Notes under the pieces: generated by a model
Seen by the model: only the letters and a program-made list of their open reading frames with translations
Database searches by the model: none
What the model was told of the DNA's origin: nothing
Position numbers and translations under genes: made by a program
Virus record (IMG/VR): IMGVR_UViG_3300025837_000016
Coordinates: 1-26,923 of that record
Length of the DNA: 26,923 bases
Source: a virus
Lineage: Duplodnaviria > Caudoviricetes
Reading direction: 5' to 3' (one strand)
In this document: in pieces, positions 1-8,984 of the stretch
Layout: each line of letters begins with the position of its first letter
Numbering within the stretch: position 1 is the stretch's first letter

Positions 1-567
1 TAAAGGTCCCCTAGCTTCCAACAATTTGGCTTTTTTATTGCGTTTTATACTCATTGGCAAAGAATCCTCTGAATATCCAACTTCACGAAGAAATTCAATA
101 TATTGATTTGCATATTCATTACCATCATCACCGGACTGCTGGTCGAAAAAATCACTATCCGGCGATTGTGCGACGAGTTTTGCTTTGATATATTTCTGTG
201 TTTTTTCTTTGTCTATTCTACGAAAAAATGCTCTGAAACAAATAGTTGTAATATAACTAAATGGATTACCCTTTTCGATTTGTCCCTTCGTCTTTGAAAA
301 ATATGTTTCTTTGAATTTTGTAGCAAATCTAATACAATCATAAAGAGCATCAGAAATCATATCTTCTTTGAATGTATAATTTATGAATTTGTGATTATAT
401 GTCAATCGTTTCGCAATTTTCATCATTGCATCAACTATATAAGGAGGAATTGGTGGAATTTCCTTACCACTTGCTTCCGCTTCCCTTATTGCAATATACC
501 ATTGCACATATTCTTCATATAATTGTTTATTTGACACATAAAATGTCTTTTCGTCTAGTTTATTCAA
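1..567 (-). CDS. gp55: T4-like late transcription sigma factor gp55 (3' end outside window)
   Basis: Not in the ORF track; manual translation gives FYVSNKQLYEE...IPPYIVDAMMKIAKRLTYNHKFINYTFKEDMISDALYDC...NPFSYITTICFRAFFRRIDKEKTQ, typical gp55 motifs. Probable TTG start overlaps the upstream TGA. Frame is open to base 1. Confidence 0.92.
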   Translation of the reverse strand, partial: MNKLDEKTFYVSNKQLYEEYVQWYIAIREAEASGKEIPPIPPYIVDAMMKIAKRLTYNHKFINYTFKEDMISDALYDCIRFATKFKETYFSKTKGQIEKGNPFSYITTICFRAFFRRIDKEKTQKYIKAKLVAQSPDSDFFDQQSGDDGNEYANQYIEFLREVGYSEDSLPMSIKRNKKAKLLEARGPL

Positions 568-995
568 TGTAATGACACCGATGTAGTTGTTGAATCTTTC
601 TCTTCATCTATGATACCATAATGAGTCATAAGTTCAACTTTTTTCAATTTAACTCTGACAGATAACAAGTTTTCCTCATCCTCATTACCATCAGCCGCTA
701 ATTGTTGAGATTCGTGCTGAATGTATGCACGAAGTAGAGCAGTGCCATATAATTTTCTGTAAAATGGACTCGCTTCACACAACGTTATAACCGAATCGAA
801 TCTAACAAAAATAACATCGTCGAAGATACCAGGCATGTACTGGGACGCGATAGTCACTTCTCCTTTTGATGTCTGGGCGCTATTCAACAAAATTGGATTA
901 AGCAGAATGTATATCTTATGTTCTTCGTCAACACCCAAATCAGTTAACAAAGTCTCACTTGTAGATAGTTTTACTATCATTAATGTCATGTTCAT
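564..995 (-). CDS. Conserved T4-like hypothetical protein between uvsW and gp55 (possible Sm-like fold)
   Basis: 143 aa, 4-nt overlaps with both neighbours; N-terminal IVKLSTSETLL resembles the protein usually found at this position; ends SLH. Confidence 0.7.
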   Translation of the reverse strand: MNMTLMIVKLSTSETLLTDLGVDEEHKIYILLNPILLNSAQTSKGEVTIASQYMPGIFDDVIFVRFDSVITLCEASPFYRKLYGTALLRAYIQHESQQLAADGNEDEENLLSVRVKLKKVELMTHYGIIDEEKDSTTTSVSLH

Positions 996-2509
996 TCTAT
1001 CATTTCTTCTATTATTTTATAAGGGTGTTCTTCTTCGTTGTATATTCTCAAACGCTCCAAAAAGTGTCGCATTGTTGCATTCGGTTTATACTTTGATGGT
1101 ACGATATTATCAGCAATATCATATAATCTAAGGTAATCTTTATCTTTTGAACGTCTCAATCCTCTACCAATAGATTGCATGACTCGTATGACTGATTTTG
1201 TTGGAGTGGCGAATATGATGTTGTGTATCCTCGGGAGGTTGAGACCCGTGCTGAATGTTCCACATGAAGCGACGATGATGTTATTCTCAGTGGAATCTTG
1301 TACAAGTAATCTAATTCGTTCTCTGTCTTCTGCCTCGACTTTACCAGAAACAAAGTGGACCTTCTGCGTTGTTGCGAGATATTTGATTTCTTCATATAAT
1401 GGCACTCCATGTTTTTCAATATAATTAAAGAGTATTAATGAATTACCTGTCCTACTTAAAGCAAGTTTGCTTATAAATGTGTTTCTGTTCTTATGTTGAC
1501 AAAGAAAATCAATCTCAGTCTGATAATCAGCAGATTTAATTAATGCTTTTGATTCTTTGTTATATCCTAATATAATACATGTTATCTTTATATCAGATAA
1601 GTGACCCTCATTGATTAGTTCCCTTGTTGTTTTTACTTTAGATATGTCACCAATCATACCGTTGATTACTAATTTATTCACAGCAGATTTATCAAGTGAA
1701 CCTGTCACACCGAATCGGTATTTTACATTAATGGCTTTCTCGAATATCCCTTTTATAGCATCAGACTTGCACTGATGACACTCGTCCATCAATATACAAT
1801 CAATATCATTGAACCATTTACTAGGAATTTTATAAATTGATTGCCAAGTGGAAATTATTAGACTTTTATTGATATTCTTATCAGCACCATCGGCTATAAT
1901 CTGTGTGTTAGCTTCTATATCAAAACCATTTGCTTTGCTATACTCTTTGAAGTCCGAATACATCTGCTTCACCAAATTCAAAGTAGGAACAACTAGCAAA
2001 AAATGATTAACATCGTGCTCCAAGTACCATCTATAAAGACAATATGCAATAAGTGATTTACCTCCACCAGTGGGTGTAACTGACACCTGTCTTTGATTGT
2101 GAATGCAGTTATAAATTGCTTCCACCTGATAATCTCTAACGTCAATTCGTGTTTCTAACCCATTGATTTTAGTATGAATATTTAGGTCAAAAATCCACTT
2201 TTTGAGGGTTTCTATATCTACCATTGTTTTTTCATTTGGAACACCAAAGTTATTGGGTTTAAATGAAATGGAATACCCCAGTTTCTTAGAGTACTCAACG
2301 AGTTCAGTAGTTAGACCAGTAGGTAATGTACCAAATCTCATATCCAAAAGGCGAATCTTTCCATCCCACACACCGGCTCGAAATTTTGGCATGTGTTTGT
2401 ATCCTTCGACATAGAAGGTAAAGAAATCAGATAGTTCTTGAAGGATTCCAATGTCGCAGTCAATATTAATGAAGGACTCGTTCTTTTTTGAAAGTGTGAT
2501 GTCTGTCAT
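992..2509 (-). CDS. uvsW: UvsW SF2 DNA helicase
   Basis: RDYQ Q-motif, PTGGGKS Walker A, DECH Walker B, QSIGRGLR motif VI, N-terminal WDGKIRL; follows uvsY. Confidence 0.96.
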   Translation of the reverse strand: MTDITLSKKNESFINIDCDIGILQELSDFFTFYVEGYKHMPKFRAGVWDGKIRLLDMRFGTLPTGLTTELVEYSKKLGYSISFKPNNFGVPNEKTMVDIETLKKWIFDLNIHTKINGLETRIDVRDYQVEAIYNCIHNQRQVSVTPTGGGKSLIAYCLYRWYLEHDVNHFLLVVPTLNLVKQMYSDFKEYSKANGFDIEANTQIIADGADKNINKSLIISTWQSIYKIPSKWFNDIDCILMDECHQCKSDAIKGIFEKAINVKYRFGVTGSLDKSAVNKLVINGMIGDISKVKTTRELINEGHLSDIKITCIILGYNKESKALIKSADYQTEIDFLCQHKNRNTFISKLALSRTGNSLILFNYIEKHGVPLYEEIKYLATTQKVHFVSGKVEAEDRERIRLLVQDSTENNIIVASCGTFSTGLNLPRIHNIIFATPTKSVIRVMQSIGRGLRRSKDKDYLRLYDIADNIVPSKYKPNATMRHFLERLRIYNEEEHPYKIIEEMIE

Positions 2510-2512
2510 ATA

Positions 2513-2959
2513 TTAATTGCCACTTAGATATTTTTGATACTCGAATACTGTCTTCAACGAGTATTCTCTACTTTTCAATTGATTCATTACGTATTCACAA
2601 CCTGAAACAGCAGTCTTTAATTCTGCAACAACCCTTGCAATGTCGTTCATATCAGTATCAAATTCGAGAAGTTGATTTAATTCAGATGTAGATGGTTTTA
2701 ATCCGTTCCATTGGGACCATCCATGTTTCTTTAGGTCACTAAGGTCCATTTCACCTCTAAAATATTTCCTTTTTGTCCAACCGAGTTTGTTCTTCGTTGA
2801 TTCTGCTTTGGCTAATAGACGTTTGAAATGAATATAATATTCGAGGTATTTGGAATGAAGCATGGGGACTCTGATAATCTCCCTTGACAATTCTGCTTCA
2901 TTTATGATAGCATCGTTCTTCCATTCGACGAGCATATCTTCTACTGTAATGTCTGCCAT
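2513..2959 (-). CDS. uvsY: UvsY recombination mediator
   Basis: 148 aa; EW..DA.I, P.LHSKYL, ..KY..G and terminal EYQKYLSG pattern; synteny gp3-uvsY-uvsW. Confidence 0.9.
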   Translation of the reverse strand: MADITVEDMLVEWKNDAIINEAELSREIIRVPMLHSKYLEYYIHFKRLLAKAESTKNKLGWTKRKYFRGEMDLSDLKKHGWSQWNGLKPSTSELNQLLEFDTDMNDIARVVAELKTAVSGCEYVMNQLKSREYSLKTVFEYQKYLSGN

Positions 2960-2987
2960 GATTAATAATCTTTATAAGTTATCATTT

Positions 2988-3016
2988 ATTATGAATTATT
3001 AATGAAAAGTTGTCAA
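2988..3016 (-). promoter_or_regulatory. Sigma70-like promoter for uvsY-uvsW-gp55
   Basis: Minus strand TTGACA (3016-3011), 17-nt spacer, CATAAT (2993-2988), ~30 nt upstream of the uvsY ATG. Confidence 0.7.
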
Positions 3017-3181
3017 AAAATCAAAAATAGTTGACAAATTCTTGACAACCGTTCAAAATTAGACTGTGCCTCGATGATATTCTACTATTAAATAAAGATT
3101 AAATGATTTATATAAGACTTAAATAAGACTTATAAGGGTTTGATGAATTAAATGATGATTTTGAATAGATATTCGAATGAA

Positions 3182-3715
3182 TTATTTATAAACAGAATCG
3201 CCTGTTGCAAACTCACCAATGAGGTCAAAATAATCATAATTAAATGTTAATGTTGCTTTCAGGTATTGAACACTTTCGATAGTAGAATCCATATTAAAAC
3301 CGCTCAATGAAGCTGGCCAACAACCATAGAATCTAATAAACTCTTTACCATCTACCATAAGAATAATATCTTCAGTCTTACCAACAATAGAACCATCAAC
3401 TGTCATCTGTTTCATCCAATTATAAATTGCTGACCAATTTCTACAATATTTGTCAACTAGGATATTAACAGTGAAAGGATTGAATTGCATCTTTTCACCT
3501 ATTTCATTCATATCGACGTGTCTAGTATTTACAATGACTTCAGCAACATCAACTGAAGGTAAAGAGAATTGCTGTAAGAAGAATGTTACATTTTCTTGAT
3601 TTGGTATAATCAAAGAAAATTTATTAACAACAAGAGGGTCAAATGTCAATAAATCACCACTATGCATACTAGCAGAACCTATCGAAGCAATGTCATCTAA
3701 ATTTACTATTGTCAT
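3182..3715 (-). CDS. gp3: Tail tube terminator / tail completion protein gp3
   Basis: Tube-like fold motifs (F.L.IP...V.FF.Q...LP, GEK..F.P..V..LVD, N...IY.WM, F.GCWP.SLSG, TF.YDYF); position after gp23. Confidence 0.85.
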   Translation of the reverse strand: MTIVNLDDIASIGSASMHSGDLLTFDPLVVNKFSLIIPNQENVTFFLQQFSLPSVDVAEVIVNTRHVDMNEIGEKMQFNPFTVNILVDKYCRNWSAIYNWMKQMTVDGSIVGKTEDIILMVDGKEFIRFYGCWPASLSGFNMDSTIESVQYLKATLTFNYDYFDLIGEFATGDSVYK

Positions 3716-3763
3716 TTAATTAAACTTTCTATTCAATGTGTTATGTGACTATTTATCAGACAT

Positions 3764-3788
3764 AAAAAACCTCGCCGAAGCGAGGTCT
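3764..3788 (-). terminator. Rho-independent terminator after gp23
   Basis: Minus strand ACCTCGC-TTCG-GCGAGGT then TTTTT: C(UUCG)G tetraloop typical of T4-like terminators. Confidence 0.92.
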
Positions 3789-3814
3789 CTTATTTGTGAT
3801 ACAACCTAATTAAA

Positions 3815-5131
3815 TTAGGAAATATTTGCAACCCTTAAGATTCTAAAGAATGCATTCGATTTAGCAGCAAGGCTAAATGCAGGTGCAGCATCAGCAGCAT
3901 TGTTACCGTTCATTGGATTACCTGCAAGTGCATAACGAGACTTAAATGCAATCTTTGGTTGGAATGTATTAGGGTCGATAGCATTGTGTTTAGTCAATGG
4001 AACGTACGGGCAATAGAACATACCTGCCTTACCCAGACCTTCACCCTTGTAACCAACAACAGCAAATTGATTTGCATCACCATTAGCCATATAGGGGTCA
4101 ATGAATACTTTGTACTTATTATTCAATGTACCAACATATGTAGCACCGGCATCATCGACAGTAAGTACTTCACCATCTTTCAGACCACCGACATCCAATT
4201 TACCTGTCATTGCCAAGGCAGAAGCTACGTCAGCAGAAACAAGAAGAACATTACCGCGACCCAAACGAGTTGTCTGAGCGATACGATTAGCTTCACGTTC
4301 GATTTGGAACATCAAACCCTTGAAGCGTTCAACAGACCAACGACCATTTGCATCAACATCAAGGTCGAATGTACCAGGTGTAGCAGTTAATTCTGCACCA
4401 GTTGTAGATACCTTATAAAGGGTACGAACAACTTCACGGTTCATTTCAGCAATGATTTGATTGCTCAGCAGATTAGACAACTCTGTTTCTGCATCAAGAC
4501 CATGAACAGCCTTCAAATCTTGGGCCAATTCAACAGTGTAACCTGCTTGCAAGCCGCGTTCAACAGCAGTAACGGTATGCTTTTCGATTGTGAAAGTCAT
4601 TTGATTTAGAGTTGTAGCTCCACCAAAATCTTCACCAGATGATGTTGCAACACCAGTAGGATTAGTGAAACCAGGAGTAGCATCCCAAGGGTCAAGACCA
4701 TCAACTGCACCGACTGGGTTTGTACCAGCAGCTCCCGTTGTATCACCACCAGCAGAGAAGCTAGCATCTGCTTCATTGAACAGAGCTTCTGCACCAGTCT
4801 TGCTAGTATAACGATTACGAGCAGCAAAAATCAAACCAGTAGGCATCGTCATTGGTTGAACACCACAGAAATCATAAGCGATTAGCTTAGGCATTGCTCT
4901 GCGCAATAGACCAACGATTACGGGGTCGTAATTAGCTGTATTAGATGTGTTAGATGATGGAAGTGCTTCTTGCAGTGCTTGAGCTGCTTTGTCCTGTTCA
5001 CGTACTGTGTTTTCCATCACGATAGCAGTTACACGGCGGCGATCGCCTGTAAGAGCACCATGCTCGGCAACTGTTTGTTCATCATCAAGAACGGGTGCCC
5101 ATTTTTCCAATGCTTCATTTAAATATGACAT
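3815..5131 (-). CDS. gp23: Major capsid protein gp23
   Basis: YDPVIVGLLRRAMPKLIAYDFCGVQPM..PTGLIFA, ELAQDLKAVHGLDAETELSN, GRWSVERFKGL, FYCPYVPL; probable maturation site LQE^A near residue 55. Confidence 0.98.
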   Translation of the reverse strand: MSYLNEALEKWAPVLDDEQTVAEHGALTGDRRRVTAIVMENTVREQDKAAQALQEALPSSNTSNTANYDPVIVGLLRRAMPKLIAYDFCGVQPMTMPTGLIFAARNRYTSKTGAEALFNEADASFSAGGDTTGAAGTNPVGAVDGLDPWDATPGFTNPTGVATSSGEDFGGATTLNQMTFTIEKHTVTAVERGLQAGYTVELAQDLKAVHGLDAETELSNLLSNQIIAEMNREVVRTLYKVSTTGAELTATPGTFDLDVDANGRWSVERFKGLMFQIEREANRIAQTTRLGRGNVLLVSADVASALAMTGKLDVGGLKDGEVLTVDDAGATYVGTLNNKYKVFIDPYMANGDANQFAVVGYKGEGLGKAGMFYCPYVPLTKHNAIDPNTFQPKIAFKSRYALAGNPMNGNNAADAAPAFSLAAKSNAFFRILRVANIS

Positions 5132-5144
5132 ATTTTATTTCCTT

Positions 5145-6149
5145 TTAGTTAGAACTACGAATTAATTTTGAATCTTGGCGCAAGGCCTTTAATACAGCTT
5201 CGACGTCTGAATGTTTAGATTCAGTAACAGTTTCTGCTTTTTCTTGAGAGATTTCTTTATCGTCAGCAGATAATTGCTTGCGGAAGAAAGATTCTTTAAG
5301 CACATCAACTTTAGATTTGAACTCTTCTTTTGTCTCAAAGTTAATATTTTCAGCAAGAGAATATAGCTTTTCTGCTTCGATTGCAGTCAGACCACTTTGA
5401 GCTTCAGCAATGATTGCTTCTGCTTGCATGATTTGTACTTCAATATCAGCTTGTTGGGCTAATTCTTGTGATTCAAGAAGTTGCTTTTCAAGTTCCTCGA
5501 TATGAGAAGCTTGTTCTTCAACAACATCAACTTTGCTTTCAGGAACATCAATGTAGTGTTGTTCAAACACAGACTTCAGATTTTCCATAAAGCTAGACAT
5601 CATTTCCACTTTTATACCACTCTCAAGGGCAACTGCATTGTCTTGCAACCACTGCTCGATAACATACTCGAGATATCCATCAATCTGTTCGACTAGCTCT
5701 CCCTTTACTTCTTCTACTGCCTCGTCCAGTTTAAACTGGTATTCTTCTTGTAATTCTTCAATTTTAGCTTCTGATACCTGTTCAACAGCCGCTTCAAAAA
5801 TTGCTTTTGCCTTTAGTTGAAATTCTTCAGTCAGAGTTTCCCCTGTGAACAATGCACTAAATGCTTCTTCCTTCAACTTTTCTTGAGAACCAGATACATA
5901 TTTGTCATTGATTTTTGCTGTTTCTTCTTTAGCCTTAGGATCAACTTCACCACCCTTGCTAATATCATCAAGCTTTTCGCCTTTAGTAGTAGTGTATTTA
6001 GCTTTAATTTTAGCAGTCTTTCCACCATCACCATCTTGTGACTCTGATGATTTCAGTGTTTCTGCTTGTTTTGTACCAAGAGTAGCATCAGTACCAGGTA
6101 CTCCAGAACCTTCTGCTAGAATGGCCTTAATTTTTGTTTCTAAATTCAT
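5145..6149 (-). CDS. gp22: Prohead core scaffold gp22
   Basis: LTEEF..KAK.IFEAAV, IDGYLEYV.EQW, F..HYIDVPE.K.DVV, F..K...LKESFF; directly upstream of gp23; GGAG RBS. Confidence 0.94.
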   Translation of the reverse strand: MNLETKIKAILAEGSGVPGTDATLGTKQAETLKSSESQDGDGGKTAKIKAKYTTTKGEKLDDISKGGEVDPKAKEETAKINDKYVSGSQEKLKEEAFSALFTGETLTEEFQLKAKAIFEAAVEQVSEAKIEELQEEYQFKLDEAVEEVKGELVEQIDGYLEYVIEQWLQDNAVALESGIKVEMMSSFMENLKSVFEQHYIDVPESKVDVVEEQASHIEELEKQLLESQELAQQADIEVQIMQAEAIIAEAQSGLTAIEAEKLYSLAENINFETKEEFKSKVDVLKESFFRKQLSADDKEISQEKAETVTESKHSDVEAVLKALRQDSKLIRSSN

Positions 6150-6175
6150 TTAATTGCTCCTTTGTATTCATATAC

Positions 6176-6197
6176 TTATTTATTAAAATCACTATTC
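6176..6197 (-). promoter_or_regulatory. Late-promoter-like element upstream of gp22 (one copy of a 22-nt direct repeat)
   Basis: Minus strand GAATAGTGATTTTAATAAATAA contains the ATAAATA core; 21/22 identical to 8284-8305. Confidence 0.7.
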
Positions 6198-6226
6198 TCA
6201 CATCTATAAATTTATTTTCTTAAATT

Positions 6227-6442
6227 TTACTCTTTTACCATGAGTTTTGCAGTATCATATAATTCATTCTTCTATCTAGGTTCATTTTCGTGCCAAGATG
6301 AATCTCCATCAATTCCACGCTTCTTCAATTTTCCTTCATTATATTGAAACAATTTATTTGATGTTCGTTTTCCTTTTGTTTTTGCTTTTCCTGATGCTTT
6401 CTATTTTTCATATGAAAACTTTTCAGCAGTTGGGTTTTTCAC
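6227..6442 (-). pseudogene. Possible decayed coding remnant downstream of the 6442-6921 gene
   Basis: Manual translation: VKNPTAEKFSYEK*KASGK...WHENEPR*KNELYDTAKLMVKE*, with two in-frame TAGs; end resembles HVTAKHMVKE of the upstream gene. Confidence 0.4.
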
Positions 6443-6921
6443 TAAGACAGATTCATTTTTGAATTTTTCTTTTCAATCTTAATGATTTTATTTTTTGGCA
6501 TAATCTTACTATATTCTTTTCTAACATCATCATCAGTGTCACCATACCATCCTGTTTTTCTTGAGTTACCTTCATTATCAACATAATGTATTGTGTGAGT
6601 ATATGGCGAATTTACATAAGAAGACCATGCATGTGATGGAACATCTTCAGCCTCTTTCACCATATGTTTTGCAGTTACATGCGCACCTTCTTCATCATTC
6701 GTGAAGTAGTCAGCAGGTTCATAATGTTTTCCATCTTTATGAAGGTGGACAACATACGGGTCGCCTTCGTTGTGTTCTCCAGAGAGTTTATAAACTTTAC
6801 TCACATTTGAACCATTTGTGTATTCACCTATCTTTTTCTTGGCTTCCATAACTAAAGAAATGCTTTCTAGCAAAGAATGTGTAATTGGTTTAGCTGGTAT
6901 AGCTGGTATAAAATCGTTCAT
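6442..6921 (-). CDS. Hypothetical two-module protein, candidate internal head protein
   Basis: ATG at 6921 preferred over the track's TTG start; LLE^S / VME^A leader, module KVYK...KDGKHYEPADY..D...AH.TAKHM, VKE^A, second small module. Confidence 0.75.
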   Translation of the reverse strand: MNDFIPAIPAKPITHSLLESISLVMEAKKKIGEYTNGSNVSKVYKLSGEHNEGDPYVVHLHKDGKHYEPADYFTNDEEGAHVTAKHMVKEAEDVPSHAWSSYVNSPYTHTIHYVDNEGNSRKTGWYGDTDDDVRKEYSKIMPKNKIIKIEKKNSKMNLS

Positions 6922-6929
6922 GTTATTTA

Positions 6930-7100
6930 CCAAATTTAAGTTTTGTTATAATCATGCAAAACCATAAACTTTTGTAAAGTCTATGCTTGCTAAACGCTTC
7001 ATCGAAGAAGCCAGATTCGGGTGTAAATTCACACCTAAATCGGGACTAACTGCTTCTCTGCGTTTGTAATCGACCTATTCAGCCGATGTAAAACCATAAA
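6930..7100 (-). ncRNA. Predicted TnpB omegaRNA (reRNA) scaffold plus guide; ends approximate
   Basis: Nested stems downstream of the tnpB stop: 6992-6997/7060-7065, 7006-7011/7052-7057, 7014-7024/7031-7041, plus hairpin 6963-6985; plus-strand A-C mismatches become G-U pairs on the minus strand. Confidence 0.6.
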
Positions 7101-8198
7101 CGTCTTTTAGACCTTTATGGAGGATATTGGTTGCGGCATTAATGTCTCTGTCATGTTCTGTCTGGCACACTGGACAAGTCCAGGTTCTGACATCGAGTGA
7201 CAAAGTATCAAGTTTATGTCCACAACAACTGCAAGTTTTAGAAGATGGGAAAAAAGTATCGATTTTGGTGAACGTTCTACCGTACCAATTCGATTTATAA
7301 TTCAGTTGCCTGACCAATTCCGACCAAGACGCATCGTGAATTGACTTTGACAGCCGATGATTTTTGACCATATTCTTTACTCTTAAATTTTCAGTGCAAA
7401 TAAAGTCGTAATTTGTTATTAACCAGGAAGAAAGATTGTGCAGAAACCATTTTCGCTGATTCACGATTTTAAGGTAAATCTTTGATACCTCGAGTTTTTG
7501 CTTATTTCTTCTGTTGGTACCCAGACCTTTTTTACGACTTAGACTGCGCTGTGCTCGTTTTAGTTTAGCTTGGCTCTTGCTAAACTAAACCACTTCGGAT
7601 TGTCTACCTTAGTGCCATCCGAAAGGATGGCCAGATGTTTTAACCCGAGGTCAATGCCGATGGAGCGACCGGCATTTTGTTTCAATTCTAGCGGTTCATC
7701 TACTAAAACGGAAACAAAATATTGGTTTGCTTTATTTTTTGAAATCGTAATTGACTTTAATTGACCCTTGAATTTTCGGTCAATTACGATACGGATAGGA
7801 GAAATCTTTGGAATCTTTATCGTGTTCTTTTCAAAGTCAATGCATTCATTGAATCCTACAGATTGCCCAGGGAGTCTAAACGAGTCGGCACAGCGACCTT
7901 TTGCCTTGAACTTCATTCTGCCGAGCTTGGTTTTCCTCGTTTTCGAGAAAAATTGTTTCTTCGTTTCATCAAAGTCCAGTCGTTTTTGTTGCAACGCGTA
8001 GCTGATTACGTCCTTAAGGAACAAGAACTCTTCCTTTAGTGTCTTTTCGTTTACTTTGGTTGCTACTTCACCTTTTTTATAAGAGTTAAAATTTTCGACT
8101 AAATGGTTCCAGAGGTATCTAGTTGCACCAAAGTTCTGATTTAAATAATCAGCTTGATTTTCGCTTGGATAAAGTCGGTATTTGAAAGACTTGAGCAT
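7075..8198 (-). pseudogene. tnpB: TnpB RNA-guided endonuclease, frameshifted
   Basis: KSFKYRLYP N-terminus, RuvC GIDLG / ICTENL / DRDINAA, Zn finger CSCCG..CPVC. The two ORFs join into 372 aa if one CTAAA copy at 7580-7589 is removed. Confidence 0.92.
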
Positions 8199-8263
8199 TT
8201 TTGGTTGTTTATTGCTTATCTTCTATTTATTGACATTTGGTATAATTATTGTGAATTATAAAT

Positions 8264-8271
8264 TATTTATA
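8264..8271 (-). promoter_or_regulatory. T4 late promoter consensus upstream of tnpB
   Basis: Exact TATAAATA on the minus strand; another ATAAATA at 8224-8230. Confidence 0.55.
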
Positions 8272-8283
8272 ATACCTGTATGG

Positions 8284-8305
8284 TTATTTATTAAAATCAG
8301 TATTC
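8284..8305 (-). repeat. Second copy of the 22-nt late-promoter-containing direct repeat
   Basis: TTATTTATTAAAATCAGTATTC vs TTATTTATTAAAATCACTATTC at 6176-6197. Confidence 0.85.
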
Positions 8306-8328
8306 ATAAACAATATGATGCATCTGCA

Positions 8329-8982
8329 TTATTTGTTTTTTCTCGCTAAATCGAGCATTATTTCAGAGAATGATTTTAGTACCTTGGCTTCATCTAATCT
8401 TTTTATTGCTCTATCTACTGATAATTGAATAATTCTACCATCTTCTAAAATATCCCATTCGGAGTCAGTATATGCTTCTGATACCATTTCAGGAAAACAC
8501 CCAGGTCCAGAGGGATCACTCACCACATCAATTGCAGAGAACATTAGGTCATTATTCACATAGGTAATACCTTCTTGCATTCTAACTGTTCCAAGTGCTC
8601 TAGTAGAAACACCTACTTTACCACCTGCTTCCATAATCGCAGTTACAATTTTGCCCATGCCTTCATTGATAATTTTACCTTTACCAATCCAGTGACCATT
8701 TTTATTGTCTTTCAGCGATTCTATAACCATCACAACTCGCTCGAAATTAACTTGAGGAGATTGCGGGTGATTTAATTCACCGAATCCTCTACCTGTTGCT
8801 ACTTTTTCTGTGATATATTTCGTCATTGCTGGCGTCATCACAGACTCGGTATACATTCTTTTATTTGCATTTATTTTATTATAAGTAGCAAATGGTCCCT
8901 CTATTTTGTATATTCTGCCAGTAGAAGTATTTTCTACTAGTGATTCGATACCCTCTAAGTATGTTTCAGTGATAAGTTTCAT
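8329..8982 (-). CDS. gp21: Prohead protease gp21
   Basis: MKLITE, N.N.R.Y, GELNHP (His), GVSTRALG (Ser), DVVSDPS (Asp). Confidence 0.96.
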   Translation of the reverse strand: MKLITETYLEGIESLVENTSTGRIYKIEGPFATYNKINANKRMYTESVMTPAMTKYITEKVATGRGFGELNHPQSPQVNFERVVMVIESLKDNKNGHWIGKGKIINEGMGKIVTAIMEAGGKVGVSTRALGTVRMQEGITYVNNDLMFSAIDVVSDPSGPGCFPEMVSEAYTDSEWDILEDGRIIQLSVDRAIKRLDEAKVLKSFSEIMLDLARKNK

Positions 8983-8984
8983 TT

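Larger units (their letters stand above)
6948..8272 (-). mobile_element. IS200/IS605-family, TnpB-only (IS1341-like) element; boundaries approximate
   Basis: tnpB with no tnpA, structured 3' region, AT-rich palindromes upstream (8241-8260, 8256-8272); TTAT on the minus strand at both inferred ends. Confidence 0.6.

Noticed and set aside
6227-6442. Genome-wide TAG recoding
   Set aside because: All long core genes are intact in the standard code; internal TAGs appear only in this one cryptic frame.
7560-7600. Programmed -1 frameshift restoring TnpB
   Set aside because: No canonical X-XXY-YYZ slippery heptamer between the duplication and the stop; a 5-nt duplication is the simpler explanation.
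8230-8246. Plus-strand TTGACA...TATAAT sigma70 promoter
   Set aside because: The spacer is only 5 nt.
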